From positions 26,114 through 32,000 of the forward strand of contig CAZIUU010000012.1 in assembly GCA_964542815.1 (NCBI GenBank): a stretch of 5,887 nucleotides of DNA, read 5' to 3'. Position 1 is the first letter of the stretch. Each line of letters starts with the position of its first letter. The stretch comes from an uncultured Methanosarcinales archaeon. Lineage in GTDB: Archaea > Nanobdellota > Nanobdellia > Woesearchaeales > GW2011-AR9. Positions 5,799 through 5,887 of this stretch are shown one piece after another. A program made the translations under genes and the position numbers. Under the pieces are notes generated by a model. It worked only from the letters and a program-made list of their open reading frames with translations, was not told where the DNA came from and made no database searches.

Positions 5799-5887
5799 TT
5801 AATAACCCCTCCACTTTGGGGGAACGTATCCCTCGCTAAGCTTTGCTGCTAGCCGCGAACAAAATTCGGTGCTATTAATCCTCTCCA
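5799..5887 (-). CDS. Possible 3' end of a further upstream operon gene (partial, continues beyond the right window edge)
   Basis: The minus-strand frame starting at 5885 is open for 28 codons (ERINSTEFCSRLAAKLSEGYVPPKWRGY). It ends at TAA 5801-5799, only 1 nt before the ATG of ORF 5252-5797. This matches the 2- and 4-nt couplings further down the operon. The stretch is short, so chance openness cannot be excluded. A second frame is open only to TAG 5851-5849. Confidence 0.3.
   Translation of the reverse strand, partial: ERINSTEFCSRLAAKLSEGYVPPKWRGY
5806..5812 (-). promoter_or_regulatory. Shine-Dalgarno GGAGGGG for ORF 5252-5797
   Basis: The minus strand reads gtGGAGGGGttattaaaATG. Confidence 0.6.

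Noticed and set aside
1-5887. Scan for tRNA, rRNA, CRISPR repeats, IS terminal inverted repeats, and integrase or transposase genes
   Set aside because: I found no cloverleaf-like or rRNA-like segments, no regularly spaced repeats of 3 or more units, and no recombinase-like ORFs by eye. The non-coding space is too small (largest gap ~180 nt) to hide such elements.

Overview
This is an archaeal chromosomal window, roughly 38-40% GC by eye. I see no rRNA, tRNA, CRISPR array or transposase/integrase. The left 3.6 kb holds recognisable housekeeping genes. They are the 5' part of a CDC48/VCP AAA+ ATPase (minus strand, cut by the window edge and so missing from the ORF track), a coiled-coil plus winged-helix DNA-binding protein, a clear METTL5-family RNA methyltransferase, a 4-TM membrane protein and the KEOPS kinase Bud32. 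Several of these have an A/T-rich TATA-like octamer ending about 22-33 nt upstream of the ATG, which fits leaderless or short-leader archaeal transcripts. The right 2.3 kb (3611-5887, minus strand) is the region worth a second look. It is a tightly packed operon of four complete ORFs, plus the possible 3' end of a fifth gene running off the window. I cannot assign any of them to a known family. Two of the ORFs (5252-5797 and 4161-4724) are divergent paralogues of each other. The first is followed by a secreted 6-cysteine protein and the second by a cytoplasmic 181-aa orphan. Three of the four ORFs have GGAGG/GGTGG Shine-Dalgarno motifs, and the block looks modestly more GC-rich than its neighbours. 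I corrected two track starts from TTG to in-frame ATGs (1580 to 1574, and 5209 to 5194). All functional ideas for the right-hand operon are inference and need profile or structure searches.
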